From the sequence record OU509535.1: a stretch of 64,000 nt of DNA. One strand, given 5' to 3'. Shown in pieces: positions 46,608 through 58,430 of the stretch (position 1 is the stretch's first letter; each line of letters starts with the position of its first letter). A program made the translations under genes and the position numbers. Under the pieces are notes generated by a model. It was not told where the DNA came from, made no database searches, and saw only the letters and a program-made list of their open reading frames with translations.

Positions 46608-47117
46608 ATGAAAGAAATTATTGCCAATGACAAAATTATTGCTAAAACTGTTCGTTTAGTAATGGACGGTTCTAGTGAAGTAATGGCAATTGCTAAAGCA
46701 CGTCAGGAAGCCGATAATTTGGGTCTTGATATTGTGGTTGTAAATAATGGGGATGTACCTGTAGTTAAAATTGTAGACCTTAACAAATACAAATACGAAC
46801 TCAAACAATCAGAAAAAGCATCTCTGAAAAAACAGCGTCAGAATGTTATCAGTACTAAGGAGATTCAATTCACTTTCGGTACTCAGGATAATGATTTGAT
46901 CGTTAAGGCTAAATCTGCTACTAAGTTTTTATCAGAAGGTAAAAATGTATTAATTGTTATGAAAACCGTTGGTCGTGGAAATACACCTCAATTAGTTAAA
47001 CAAAATATTGATGCGATGAATGCTTTTGTGAAACGTCTTGGTGAAGTAGACTTTATCCAAAAAGTCGAATATCAGGGCAAAAAAGTAACATGCACTGTCA
47101 AAAGTACTGTAAAATAA
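46608..47117 (+). CDS. infC: Translation initiation factor IF3 homolog
   Basis: ANDKI..KTVRLV, GLDIVVV, PVVKIVDLNKYKYE, KEIQF, KFLSEGKNV; two-domain IF3 layout. Confidence 0.88.
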   Translation: MKEIIANDKIIAKTVRLVMDGSSEVMAIAKARQEADNLGLDIVVVNNGDVPVVKIVDLNKYKYELKQSEKASLKKQRQNVISTKEIQFTFGTQDNDLIVKAKSATKFLSEGKNVLIVMKTVGRGNTPQLVKQNIDAMNAFVKRLGEVDFIQKVEYQGKKVTCTVKSTVK

Positions 47118-47672
<555 letters not shown>

Positions 47673-47676
47673 TAAT

Positions 47677-48298
<622 letters not shown>

Positions 48299-48310
48299 GG
48301 AGTAAATCCA

Positions 48311-49228
48311 ATGCCTAGTAAGAGTCAATCACAAGCACGATTATTTGCAGCAATGGCACATGATCCAGAAATTGCAAAACAACATGGTGTTTCTATGAGT
48401 ACAGCAAAAGAATGGAATAAATCAGATGTAGAAATGGGTAATCTAAATAAGAGTTCTAAATTACCAAAGCATACAAAGAAAGAAAAGACTGAAGAAAGTT
48501 CTACTCGTGATATTCTGGATTATCTCAATAATCTGGAATTACAGGACGAAATAGAACAAGAAGAGAAAGCGGTACAGTACAGTACAGAACGCTCTAGAAT
48601 GCATCAAGAAGGCTGTCAGTGCGACGATTGTTCCAATAATGAGCACCACTATTACCCTGATGTACAACACGCCCAGGATTGCTCCTGTGATGATTGTGCT
48701 TCACATGTTGAGTTACAGGAAATGCCACAGAGATTTGATGCATTTGCTGGACAAGACCGAGATGAATTCGTTGATAAAACCGCTGAAATGACAGGCAGAC
48801 ACAACATGGTTCCATTTGCTGAACATGCTGATTATACTGTGTATAAAAATAAAAACGGTTCAGGGTTTATTGCTTATGGTAAAGATGGTAAACAGCTTGC
48901 AGTACTTAGTGGGTATGTGAGTGATAATGCAGTACATGGAGTACCAAATGTATTTGTTGAAGAAGCAATTGCATCCAAGACTGGTACTAAGGGTGTAATT
49001 TATACTATTTTCACTGATCTGTTAAATGCAGGATATAAAATTTTAAGTGATGAATTACATTCAGATGATGCAATTGCTTTTTGGTCTAAATTGATTTCAT
49101 CTCATCAAGTATATGTGGTTGGTGACGGCGAAGTACTGGCTCGTGCTAATACTCAAAAATTACACAAGTATTGGAGTTCAGATGAAACAAGTCCAAGTGC
49201 AGAATTACGTTTATTACTAGTAAAATAA
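48311..49228 (+). CDS. Multidomain protein: basic N-terminal module, duplicated His/Cys metal motif, C-terminal GNAT-like domain
   Basis: MPSKSQSQARLFAAMAHDP; HQEGCQCDDC / HAQDCSCDDC; KGVIYTIF..L..G..ILSDELHSDDAIAFWSKL. Confidence 0.5.
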   Translation: MPSKSQSQARLFAAMAHDPEIAKQHGVSMSTAKEWNKSDVEMGNLNKSSKLPKHTKKEKTEESSTRDILDYLNNLELQDEIEQEEKAVQYSTERSRMHQEGCQCDDCSNNEHHYYPDVQHAQDCSCDDCASHVELQEMPQRFDAFAGQDRDEFVDKTAEMTGRHNMVPFAEHADYTVYKNKNGSGFIAYGKDGKQLAVLSGYVSDNAVHGVPNVFVEEAIASKTGTKGVIYTIFTDLLNAGYKILSDELHSDDAIAFWSKLISSHQVYVVGDGEVLARANTQKLHKYWSSDETSPSAELRLLLVK

Positions 49229-49231
49229 AAA

Positions 49232-49251
49232 ATGGGAGCTTATGCTCCCAT
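49232..49251 (+). terminator. Hairpin terminator followed by CATAAATA and a TGAACA promoter
   Basis: ATGGGAGC-TTAT-GCTCCCAT. Confidence 0.65.
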
Positions 49252-49260
49252 AAATATTTT

Positions 49261-49289
49261 TGAACAAAAACATTAAAATCAACTATAAT
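49261..49289 (+). promoter_or_regulatory. TGAACA-class promoter (TGAACA-N17-TATAAT)
   Basis: Upstream of the topoisomerase operon. Confidence 0.7.
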
Positions 49290-49325
49290 TTATACGTTAT
49301 AACAAAGATACAAAAGGATTTAATA

Positions 49326-51293
49326 ATGGCTAAGAAACAAGAAAGTTCAGTACTTCAAGAACATGATGTACAACGCCTTAATGATTATCAACATGCTCGT
49401 CTACGCAGTGAAATGTACTTAGGTTCAAGAAGTATCCATGAAAGTCAAGTTCTCATTTTTGGGGAAAATTCATACCAAGTTACTAACATGGAATGGGTGC
49501 CTGCATTACTCACTGCATGTCGTGAATTATGGGATAATTCACTTGATGAGTTTAAAAAAGCCGGTACTAAAGAACCGGTACTTAAAATTGAATTTGATGA
49601 AAATGAATTAACATTCAGTTGTATTGATAATGGACGCGGTATTCCGATTGATTATGTTCCAGATTTCAATACTAATCTCTGTACTATGGTAATGACTGAA
49701 ACAAAGACTGGCAGAAACTTTGATGATTCAAAGCGTGATGAAACTATTGGTCAAAATGGTCTTGGTGGATCCGTGGCAATGCTTGTAAGTTCTAAAGCTG
49801 AAATGGAAATACATCGAAAAGGTCGTCCATATAAAACATCAGTGTCCAATGATTCATATGATGGATTTTATAAATTCAGTCAAAATTTTAAAGAAGGTAC
49901 TGAATTTATTCCAGAAATTCAAATTTCTGAACCAGTAATTAGAAAAATTAGTTCTGATAAAACAGGAACAAGTATTAGACTAACATTTAGTCCTTCTGTA
50001 TTTCCTAACAGAAAATTACCAATTGAACTGTTGTATAGCATTCTTAAAGAAATGGCATCAGCAAATCCAACATATAAAATCTTTTTGAATAATAAACGAA
50101 TTAATGTTAAACCAACTCCAGAAAAAACATTATTTAATGCATCTAAACTAATGCAACTAAATGTTAACGATGAATCTTTTAACTTTAACAGTACTTTTTA
50201 TATTATTCCAAATGCTGTTAATAATATGAATACTAATTTTCATATGCATGGTTTAGTTAATAATGCACCAGCGTTCGATGGTGGTACTCATCTAGATACA
50301 TTCAAGAAACATTTTTCACTTGGTATTGCTAATGCTCTTGAAAAAGAAGCGAAGAAGCGTAAGATGAAGCCAAACCGTTCAGATATTGAAGAAGGGCTTC
50401 TGATTTATAATGTAACTACAATGAAAGCACCTTCATTCAATTCACAAATTAAATCCAAATTAACTAACGAAAATGTAGTTAAACCAATTCAACAAGCAAT
50501 GAGTACTGAATGGTTCGAAGAATTAGTTAAAAAGAATAAAGATTGGGTTGATGAAATATTTGAACGTTGTGCTGCACGTACAAATAAAAAAGATGCAGAA
50601 GAAGATCGTCGTCTTGCTAAAAAACTTCTTAAAGGTAAAGTTGCCAAACTACTTGATTCAGTTGGTACTGATCGTTCCAAATGTATTCTAATGTTGGCAG
50701 AAGGTGATTCTGCTATTTCTAACATGGCTAGTGCTCGTGATCCTAATATTCATGGTATCTTACCTTTACGTGGTAAAATTATGAATGTGAGTGGTGAAGA
50801 GAAAACAAAAGAATTAATGGATTCTGATGCATTGCATGATATCATGGCTAGTATTAACCTAGTTCCAGGTGTGAAGGCAAATCGTGATGAATTGAGTTTT
50901 GGTAAATTATACATAGCAACGGATGAAGATACTGACGGCCTTAATATAGCCGCATTGATTTGTAATTTTCTTTATAAATTCTGGCCTGAACTATTTCAGG
51001 ATGCCGATAATCCGTTTGTGTATGTATTCAAAACTCCATTTATTATCCTGGAGAAAGGGAAAGAATCAAAATACTTCTATGGTTATAATGTTTCTGAATA
51101 CAATCCTGAAGATTGGAAGGGTTGGAAAGCCACACGTGCAAAAGGATTAGGAACATTGGAAAAGAGTAATTTCAGAGACGCATTCACCAATAGTGTAGCG
51201 GTTGCAATTACCGATGATGGTAATTTAGGTGAAACTCTGGATTTGATATTCAATAAAAAGAGAGCAGATGATCGCAAAGCATGGATGGCTTAG
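49326..51293 (+). CDS. 39: Type II DNA topoisomerase large (ATPase plus TOPRIM) subunit, gp39+60 fused type
   Basis: GHKL ELWDNSLDE, DNGRGIP, GQNGLG; TOPRIM LAEGDSA, PLRGK, ATDEDTDG, KGLG. Start is the ATG at 49326. Confidence 0.93.
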   Translation: MAKKQESSVLQEHDVQRLNDYQHARLRSEMYLGSRSIHESQVLIFGENSYQVTNMEWVPALLTACRELWDNSLDEFKKAGTKEPVLKIEFDENELTFSCIDNGRGIPIDYVPDFNTNLCTMVMTETKTGRNFDDSKRDETIGQNGLGGSVAMLVSSKAEMEIHRKGRPYKTSVSNDSYDGFYKFSQNFKEGTEFIPEIQISEPVIRKISSDKTGTSIRLTFSPSVFPNRKLPIELLYSILKEMASANPTYKIFLNNKRINVKPTPEKTLFNASKLMQLNVNDESFNFNSTFYIIPNAVNNMNTNFHMHGLVNNAPAFDGGTHLDTFKKHFSLGIANALEKEAKKRKMKPNRSDIEEGLLIYNVTTMKAPSFNSQIKSKLTNENVVKPIQQAMSTEWFEELVKKNKDWVDEIFERCAARTNKKDAEEDRRLAKKLLKGKVAKLLDSVGTDRSKCILMLAEGDSAISNMASARDPNIHGILPLRGKIMNVSGEEKTKELMDSDALHDIMASINLVPGVKANRDELSFGKLYIATDEDTDGLNIAALICNFLYKFWPELFQDADNPFVYVFKTPFIILEKGKESKYFYGYNVSEYNPEDWKGWKATRAKGLGTLEKSNFRDAFTNSVAVAITDDGNLGETLDLIFNKKRADDRKAWMA

Positions 51294-51296
51294 GAT

Positions 51297-53007
51297 ATGA
51301 AACATGATGAAGTAGTTAGTATAATTAAAAAATTTGCCAATGAAGTCAAGTCCAATGGGGAATCAGTACTAAAGCAAATTAAAAAGATGGATAGATATGA
51401 AGAAGTTATTTCATATCTAAAAAGCTATTATGGTGACTATGATATTAAAGTTCTAATTGGTTCAGTACTAAATGATTTAGATACCATTCCCATTGCTGCT
51501 TGTGGGAATGTATGTAGATTTGATGGATTAAAATTGAGGTACGTATGTACCTCATATAAAATGAACAAAGAAGAAACATGTCCTGAGTGTCATATTAAAT
51601 TAAAAGAAATAATGAACAACAACAGAATGCAATCTGTGGAAATGAAGTACGGTACTCCATATATATCTAAAGTTCCAGAATTTAGAGAGAAAGCAAAAAA
51701 TACAATGTTTAATGAGTATGGTGTATATAATATTTCTAATTTGGATTCTGTGAAAAAGAAAAAAAGTGATAATTATCACAATAAAAGTTTAGAAGAAAAA
51801 GAACGTATTAAAGAAAAAAATAAGAAAAAAGTAATACAGACATATGGTGTTGATAACGTATCTAAATCTGAAATTGTAAAACAAAAGAAACTTGGTAATA
51901 AAAATCCATTCAATAATAGTACTTTTAAAATTAAAAATATCATTAATACAACCAAACGAAGATATAATAGCATAACAGACTATTTAAAAACCAATGATAA
52001 ACCATATACACTAACTTACATGCCATTTGCATATAAAGATGACCATGTATTTCAATGTAAGTGTGGTGAAATTATAAGTTGTAAAATACAATCGTTTGAT
52101 ACAATACGTTGTTATAAATGTTTCCCATTGGAAGTAAGTTCTGGTGAACTTTGGTTGAGACAAGAAATTGAAAATATTATAAGTAATACATCAACAAGTA
52201 CTGAAATGTTATTAAATCAAAGGTATGATTTTATTGATAACATAGAAATTGATATATACTTACCTGAATTGAAAATAGGTTTTGAATTCAATGGTTCGTA
52301 CTGGCATAATGATGAACACAAAGATAAGTACTATCATCAGAAGAAATCGATTTCTGCAAAAAACAATGGTATCAATTTAATACATATCCATGAATCTGAT
52401 TATAATAAAATAAAAGATAAAATTGTAATGAGATTAAAACATGTATTAAACAAAAATGATAAAACAATTTATGCAAGAAAATGTATTGTAAAAGAAGTAT
52501 CATTTAAAGAAAGTGAAGTATTTTTGGATGAATATCATTTTCAACAATCACGTGTATCAGGTATAAGAATTGGATTATATTATGATAATGAATTAGTAGC
52601 ATTGGCTACGTATGGAAAATCCAGATATGACAAAAAATATGAATATGAATTATTGAGATTCTGTACCAAGTATTCGGTACCGGGTGGATTTAGTAAAATA
52701 ATGAAATACTTTGAGCAAACATACAACCCTAAATCATTGATGACATATGCCGATCTGGACTGGAGTAATGGTAATGTTTATGAAAAAAAATGGGTTTGAG
52801 TTTGTGAAATACACCGAACCAAGTTACTTTTACGTGGATAAATATCAAAATAAAATTTCAAGATATGATTGTCGTAAAACTGAATTATTAAAACTATATG
52901 ATTGGGCTACCAATGATATGACGGAAACTGAAATCTGTAAAAAATTAAATTACAATAAAATATATTCATCTGGAAATATAGTTTATCGTAAAATATATAA
53001 CAAATAA
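51297..53007 (+). pseudogene. PD-(D/E)XK homing endonuclease, copy 3, frameshifted near its 3' end
   Basis: EIDIYLPELKIGFEFNGSYWH. The A8 run at 52783-90 breaks YEKNGFEF, and the C-terminus matching copies 1 and 2 continues in the 52747 frame. Confidence 0.78.
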
Positions 53008-53022
53008 CAAAGAGGCAATGGA

Positions 53023-54429
53023 ATGGCTAAAAAAGAAAAAACTCAAGGTATTGATAATGCAACATTAACGCTATTAGATTACAACAGTTCTGAATATTTG
53101 AATAGCACTTCACTAGAATATTCAATGTATACATTAGATCGTGCTATTCCCGGAATTGATGGTCTAAAGAGTTCACAACGAAAAGCAATTTTTACGCTAA
53201 GTAAAATATCAGGTGAAATTAAAACAGTATCATGTGCTGGTCGCATGATTAGTGATGGTATCTATTTACATGGTGATTCATCTGCAAGTGGTACACTACA
53301 ACAACTGGCATCACCTGTAGCAAACAATTATCCACTCATTGGTAAACGTGGTGGTTTTGGTACACAGGTAAACAGTACACCAGCATCCCCGCGATACACA
53401 TATGTGAAGAAGAACAAAAGTACCGAAGAATTAATTCTTCGTGATATGGAAATTATTCCAATGCAAGAAAACTATGATGGTACCACTATGGAACCAACAC
53501 ATTTTCTTCCAATCATTCCATTATCGTTGTTTGGTAATGACAGTATGTCGGTTGGTTATAAGAGTACAATTCTTCCTTATAAAATTAAAGATATTATTGA
53601 TAACTGTATCCGTGTTATTGATAAAACTGAACTAAGAGAAATGATCCCATATTATGTATCAGTTGGTGCAAGCGAAACTGTAACTAAACTTGATGAAAAC
53701 AAATATGAGTTCTATGGAACAGCAGAAGTTATTGATGCCAGTACCGTAAAAGTTACTGGATTGCCACCCAACTATAGCGTTGAAAAATTTGTTGAAAAAT
53801 TAATTAAGATGGGTGATGATGGTGAAATTCGTGATTATGATAATGGTAGTACTGATACCATTGATATAACGATAAAATTACCACGTGGTACATCAAGCAA
53901 ATGGACTGAAAAGGATGTGATTGATTATTTTGGTCTATCCAAGAAAATTACACAAATTCTTACAGTACTCGATGCGAATGGTCGTGTTCGTGTATATGAT
54001 AACACTTCTGACCTAATTAAAGATTTCGTCGAATTTCGTTTTGGCTATTACATTAAACGTTATGAGAAAAAAGTTAAAGATTGTACTGAAGAAGTTATAT
54101 ATAAAATTCTAATTAAAGAATGCTTTGATAATGATATGATTGGTAAAGTTAAATCATTTAAGAATCGTGCTGAGTTAGTTGATTTTGTAACTAAACTCAA
54201 TATTGATATTGGGGCAAGTGAAGATAATATTCAAAGCATAGTTAATTATCCTTCTTATCGCTGGACACAAGAAAACTATAATGCAGTATTGAAAGATATT
54301 CAGGATAATATGGATTTAATTGATAAGTACAACGATTTACTTAATAATAAAAATAAAATTTGGGATATCTACAAAGAAGAACTTAAAGAGCTTCGTAAGA
54401 TTGATTTTACACCAAAACAAGAAAACTAA
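53023..54429 (+). CDS. 52: Type II DNA topoisomerase medium/breakage subunit (gp52-like)
   Basis: RAIPGIDGLKSSQRK, YLHGDSS, catalytic ASPRYT. Confidence 0.93.
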   Translation: MAKKEKTQGIDNATLTLLDYNSSEYLNSTSLEYSMYTLDRAIPGIDGLKSSQRKAIFTLSKISGEIKTVSCAGRMISDGIYLHGDSSASGTLQQLASPVANNYPLIGKRGGFGTQVNSTPASPRYTYVKKNKSTEELILRDMEIIPMQENYDGTTMEPTHFLPIIPLSLFGNDSMSVGYKSTILPYKIKDIIDNCIRVIDKTELREMIPYYVSVGASETVTKLDENKYEFYGTAEVIDASTVKVTGLPPNYSVEKFVEKLIKMGDDGEIRDYDNGSTDTIDITIKLPRGTSSKWTEKDVIDYFGLSKKITQILTVLDANGRVRVYDNTSDLIKDFVEFRFGYYIKRYEKKVKDCTEEVIYKILIKECFDNDMIGKVKSFKNRAELVDFVTKLNIDIGASEDNIQSIVNYPSYRWTQENYNAVLKDIQDNMDLIDKYNDLLNNKNKIWDIYKEELKELRKIDFTPKQEN

Positions 54430-54440
54430 TAATAAAGACT

Positions 54441-54467
54441 GGAGCACATATAATAGTGCTCCTTTTT
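54441..54467 (+). terminator. Rho-independent terminator, followed by late core GTAAATA (54469-75)
   Basis: GGAGCAC / GTGCTCC stem followed by TTTTT. Confidence 0.8.
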
Positions 54468-54502
54468 AGTAAATACCCTATATAAAACGGGAGAAAAGAA
54501 GA

Positions 54503-56830
54503 ATGGAAAATTTTACTCCTTTATGGGATATAAAATCGGAATCTGAATTTATTCAAGAGAGTGCTGACATATTAGTAACAACAAATATTAATAAAGATCC
54601 AGATGATAAAAACACTTCGTATGTTCTCAAGGACGGGGAATATATACTAATTCAGTTTCTAATAGAAACAAAAAATAAAGATGATACCAGTTTTGTGGCA
54701 GAAGACCATTATACGTTGTATGCCGGTGAAGATGTTAATAATTTGAAAAACATAACCACTGGTATTACTAAAAATAAATCAATCGCAGGAAATCACTATG
54801 CTAAATTAACAAAAGAGCAATTTGATTTAATTGATGAAAATACATCACCCATCTGGTATTTCAAATTACATTGTAAAAATAACGGAACATTTGATAGTAT
54901 TGAAATTACTACATTTACAATAGTGAGTGTAACTCGCGTTTCTCCATCTGATAGCATTACCATTGGTACAATTACAACCAGTTCACAATCTATCACTTAT
55001 AACAGTACTGAATTTTGGGTAACTCCCGGTGTAGTTGTTGGTGATGATAACAATAATTATTGTATAGGTGATATTAGTTTCGGTAATGATAGTACTCTGT
55101 TTGTACAGGCGTTTGGTCGTAAAGTACCAGGAACCACACCGAGAGTATTTTATCCAATTTATCGTTTAATGTCTATTACAGAAGATGAATTACCACAAAC
55201 TGATATTACTGGAAAGAGAGCAATTCTTTTTCCACAAAAAGAAGAATTCCCAATTACTGGCAATAACAAAGAAGTGAAAGTGAACATTCTTGATGAAACA
55301 ACAAAAACCTATGATACAGGTTTGGTGTTCAATCCAAATGGACAATTCTTACAAGCATTTTTATATGATTCATCACCATATGATTTGTATTTTAAAGTTC
55401 AAATACAAGATATAGAAAGTTCGTATACTAATGATAGTGAGCGTTATGCAATTTCACAAAGTTTTAAATCCGGTCAGATGTTTTTATGTCCAAGTGAATT
55501 TGATTTCATTTATTCAAACGATGTTCCAGTCGCTAATCATTTATATCAGTTGAAATCTGGTGTTACTTACCCATATGTTGTTGACAGTGATACAGAAGAC
55601 GGTTTGGAAAAACCCGTATTTAATAGTGATGACTGGGTTGATCTTGGTTTGTATGATAAAACACTGGGTACAGGGATTATTGGTGAAACAAAAATATTCA
55701 GAATGCTTGCAAACTCTGGTACTTCTGGTAAAATTAGTTTTATTACTGATAGTGATTTGGGTACTATTCATGTAGGTGAATATTTTGGTCACAGTACTTA
55801 TCCTGTTATTGAAACAGATTCTGAATTTAACGTATCTTTTAAAATAGTATCAGGTTCTGATATTACAAAATATGGACTTGAATTAAAACCAAATGGTTAT
55901 TTATGTGGTACTGCGTATGCTAAAAGTACTGATTTCACTGCAAATGATGATATCCCACTCGAATTTGAAGTTGAGGCTTATGATACTTCTGGTCTGAGAA
56001 ATACAAAAACATTCCAATTAAGAATTATTCGTGGATTTGGAGAAAACTATATAAGTTCACATTTAGTACCATCTGTACAATTCGAAAGAGAATGGTTTAA
56101 ATGTATTAGTTCTACGATATTTGGTAATCAGCAATTATTCAGAATTTCTGACGAACGATATGGGTTACAAAAAGTTCCGCGTATTCTATTAAAAGAGAAT
56201 TATGTTTCACAGGATTATAATTATAATACACTAAAAGAACTAAAAAGAGTACTAAGGAAAAATATTATTGATGAAAATAATATCCCACAAGGTACTTTCA
56301 ATTTAGTAATGGGTAATTACAAAGTACTATCATGTCTTGACAATTTAGGAAATTTACAGTACGATTTATTATTCAGAGAAGTACACCCATCTGGTTCTAT
56401 TATTTCAGTAAGTAATAATCCAAGAAGTTATTCGATTAAAAATTATACTTCTTTGACTGAAGTTTTTGGTTTAAGACAGAATTTGTTCAATGCTATTGGA
56501 GAAGACACTACCAATCTCATAACAGATCCAGATGATTTGAATAACAGGGGGTTATATGTAACGGGTTTGGACAGTTCACAAATGCTCGATACCGTTCCTC
56601 GTTTCATGAATCATCCATATGAAGGTGATGGTCTTAGTTCTGAATTCATGGTATTAATACCGGTTGCTTACTGTTTGCCGGGTAAAGGCGATGATTTGTT
56701 CTATAATCTCTATCAAAACAATGAGCACAAACTTATGGTAGGTACTGAATTTGAAGTTCCAGCAGTTGAATTTATTACTCATGTTGGCTATATGAAGGAA
56801 AAATTTCAAATTATTTTACAAAAATCTTAA
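54503..56830 (+). CDS. Large virion structural protein (baseplate/tail-like, with an Ig-like segment), 775 aa
   Basis: Late promoter, beta-rich T/S/D/G composition, SFKIVSG..GLEL.PNGYLCG Ig/He_PIG-like pattern. Confidence 0.5.
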   Translation: MENFTPLWDIKSESEFIQESADILVTTNINKDPDDKNTSYVLKDGEYILIQFLIETKNKDDTSFVAEDHYTLYAGEDVNNLKNITTGITKNKSIAGNHYAKLTKEQFDLIDENTSPIWYFKLHCKNNGTFDSIEITTFTIVSVTRVSPSDSITIGTITTSSQSITYNSTEFWVTPGVVVGDDNNNYCIGDISFGNDSTLFVQAFGRKVPGTTPRVFYPIYRLMSITEDELPQTDITGKRAILFPQKEEFPITGNNKEVKVNILDETTKTYDTGLVFNPNGQFLQAFLYDSSPYDLYFKVQIQDIESSYTNDSERYAISQSFKSGQMFLCPSEFDFIYSNDVPVANHLYQLKSGVTYPYVVDSDTEDGLEKPVFNSDDWVDLGLYDKTLGTGIIGETKIFRMLANSGTSGKISFITDSDLGTIHVGEYFGHSTYPVIETDSEFNVSFKIVSGSDITKYGLELKPNGYLCGTAYAKSTDFTANDDIPLEFEVEAYDTSGLRNTKTFQLRIIRGFGENYISSHLVPSVQFEREWFKCISSTIFGNQQLFRISDERYGLQKVPRILLKENYVSQDYNYNTLKELKRVLRKNIIDENNIPQGTFNLVMGNYKVLSCLDNLGNLQYDLLFREVHPSGSIISVSNNPRSYSIKNYTSLTEVFGLRQNLFNAIGEDTTNLITDPDDLNNRGLYVTGLDSSQMLDTVPRFMNHPYEGDGLSSEFMVLIPVAYCLPGKGDDLFYNLYQNNEHKLMVGTEFEVPAVEFITHVGYMKEKFQIILQKS

Positions 56831-56843
56831 AAAGGAGTGTATA

Positions 56844-57152
56844 ATGTCTCATCCATTATTTGATGCCAGTGAATTTACAGATAAGGAATTATATGCTAAA
56901 ATTAATGAGCAAATTTTACGTATAGCAAAAGCACGCTCGATTGGTATGAGTGAATCAGTAATTAGTCAAATGCAGATGCTTTTGGATTCTTATTATACAG
57001 AAATTGAAAACAGATCAACCAAAAAGGTTATAAGTAAAATGGAAGATTCAGATCCTTGTGTGTTTGATTTGAGTTCATATCTGGAAGACAACGACGGTGT
57101 GAAGAAGAAAAATGAAAGTACAGGGAAACAGATATATAAGTCCCAATGGTGA
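56844..57152 (+). CDS. Hypothetical protein (102 aa)
   Basis: AAGGAG SD. Confidence 0.7.
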   Translation: MSHPLFDASEFTDKELYAKINEQILRIAKARSIGMSESVISQMQMLLDSYYTEIENRSTKKVISKMEDSDPCVFDLSSYLEDNDGVKKKNESTGKQIYKSQW

Positions 57153-57630
57153 TGTTAAATGTAATCTAAATGCAGTAGTTTATGCCATTAATTGTGGTGC
57201 TGATATTCAGTACTTGCAATTAATGGATTTGGATGAAAGAGAAAGATTACTTTTCAATGATAACTGTAAGAAGTTTGGTTTAGAACAACGTATGTTGGAC
57301 TACACAATAGATCATGAACGTAATCATGAATTATGGTGCTATGATCCATTCTATGATAAAATCAACCTCAAAGAGTTCTTTTTGAGTAAATGTGAAACGC
57401 CAGAAGCAAGAGAGCGAGTTCTTTATGAACTGGAATTGTATGAATTTTACAATATGTCCAAATTACTTCGTTGTATGATTTGGTTGGTTGATTACTTTAA
57501 AGAAAATAATATCTTTTGGGGTTTGGGTCGTGGTAGTTCAGTATCATCTTATTGTTTATTTTTGATTGGATTACATTTGGTGGATTCGTTGAAATACGAT
57601 TTAGATGTTAATGAATTTTTGAAATATTGA
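57112..57630 (+). CDS. dnaE: DnaE (Pol III alpha)-like fragment, N-part of the palm
   Basis: RERVLYELEL...WGLGRGSSVSSYCLFLIGLHLVDSLKYDL..EFL corresponds to DnaE RL..EL...GPGRGSAAGSLVAY.LGIT..DPL.YDLLFERFL. Confidence 0.8.
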   Translation: MKVQGNRYISPNGDVKCNLNAVVYAINCGADIQYLQLMDLDERERLLFNDNCKKFGLEQRMLDYTIDHERNHELWCYDPFYDKINLKEFFLSKCETPEARERVLYELELYEFYNMSKLLRCMIWLVDYFKENNIFWGLGRGSSVSSYCLFLIGLHLVDSLKYDLDVNEFLKY

Positions 57631-57634
57631 TTTT

Positions 57635-57662
57635 TGAACAAAAATCACAAAAATGATATAAT
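57635..57662 (+). promoter_or_regulatory. TGAACA-class promoter (TGAACA-N16-TATAAT, TG extended -10)
   Basis: Upstream of the 57695 operon. Confidence 0.7.
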
Positions 57663-57694
57663 AAAGAAAACAGTTAATAAAAAGGATTTTTAAA

Positions 57695-58054
57695 ATGGTA
57701 AAGCACGTATCTTATCGTGGTAAAGTTGTTGATATGGAATTACTTAAATCACAAAACCAATATAAAGCTGCAATTGGTAATGCACAACTAAATGCTCGCG
57801 GCGATAAAATTGGTCGAGGTGGTACGGTCATTAAAACGCGTGAACAATTGATGCAAGAACGTGAAGCTGCACTACAGGTTCCTGATTTTATTCCAGTACA
57901 GAATTCTTCCAGTACTGAATATTCAACTGAATGGGATGATTCACAATTTAATGCATTTCCTGACATTACGGAATCACCACAAGAAGCACCAGCAGAAGTT
58001 CAGACGAAAAAAGCTGCACCACGTAGGACAAAAAAGGGTTCAAGTAATGAGTGA
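57695..58054 (+). CDS. Conserved hypothetical protein (119 aa)
   Basis: AAGGA SD; N-terminal GKVVDM...GNAQLNARGD motif and a disordered tail. Confidence 0.7.
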   Translation: MVKHVSYRGKVVDMELLKSQNQYKAAIGNAQLNARGDKIGRGGTVIKTREQLMQEREAALQVPDFIPVQNSSSTEYSTEWDDSQFNAFPDITESPQEAPAEVQTKKAAPRRTKKGSSNE

Positions 58055-58379
58055 TAAAGTATTGAAAGCATGTAGAGGTAAAGTACTCGTAACTGATTTG
58101 GAAGTAGGTGAGCGAGTAACAAATGGTGGTATTGTTTTAACTAATGACAACGGTCGCAGTCGAGGTATTCGTTCCCGATGGGCTAAAGTTTATTCAATTG
58201 GTGAAGGTGTAACTGGTATTGAAGAAGGTCAATGGATTTTAATTGATCATGGTCGATGGAGCCGCACTATTGAAGTTGACGGTATTAAACTAAATCTAGT
58301 TGATTATCCAGCTTCAGTGATGTTAGTGTCAGATGACGACCCACGCCAGCGTTGCACTTCATTTAGTTATTTTTCTTAA
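58047..58379 (+). CDS. groES: Divergent GroES-like co-chaperonin (copy 2)
   Basis: GKVLVTD, mobile loop TNGGIVL, KVYSIGEG, IEEGQWILI; true start is the ATG at 58047. Confidence 0.75.
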   Translation: MSDKVLKACRGKVLVTDLEVGERVTNGGIVLTNDNGRSRGIRSRWAKVYSIGEGVTGIEEGQWILIDHGRWSRTIEVDGIKLNLVDYPASVMLVSDDDPRQRCTSFSYFS

Positions 58380-58387
58380 TATTATTA

Positions 58388-58418
58388 AAAGTCCAGAATA
58401 TTCTGGACTTTATTTTTT
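58388..58418 (+). terminator. Rho-independent terminator (24-bp perfect palindrome)
   Basis: AAAGTCCAGAATATTCTGGACTTT followed by a T-rich tail. Confidence 0.75.
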
Positions 58419-58430
58419 AATGAGGAAAAT

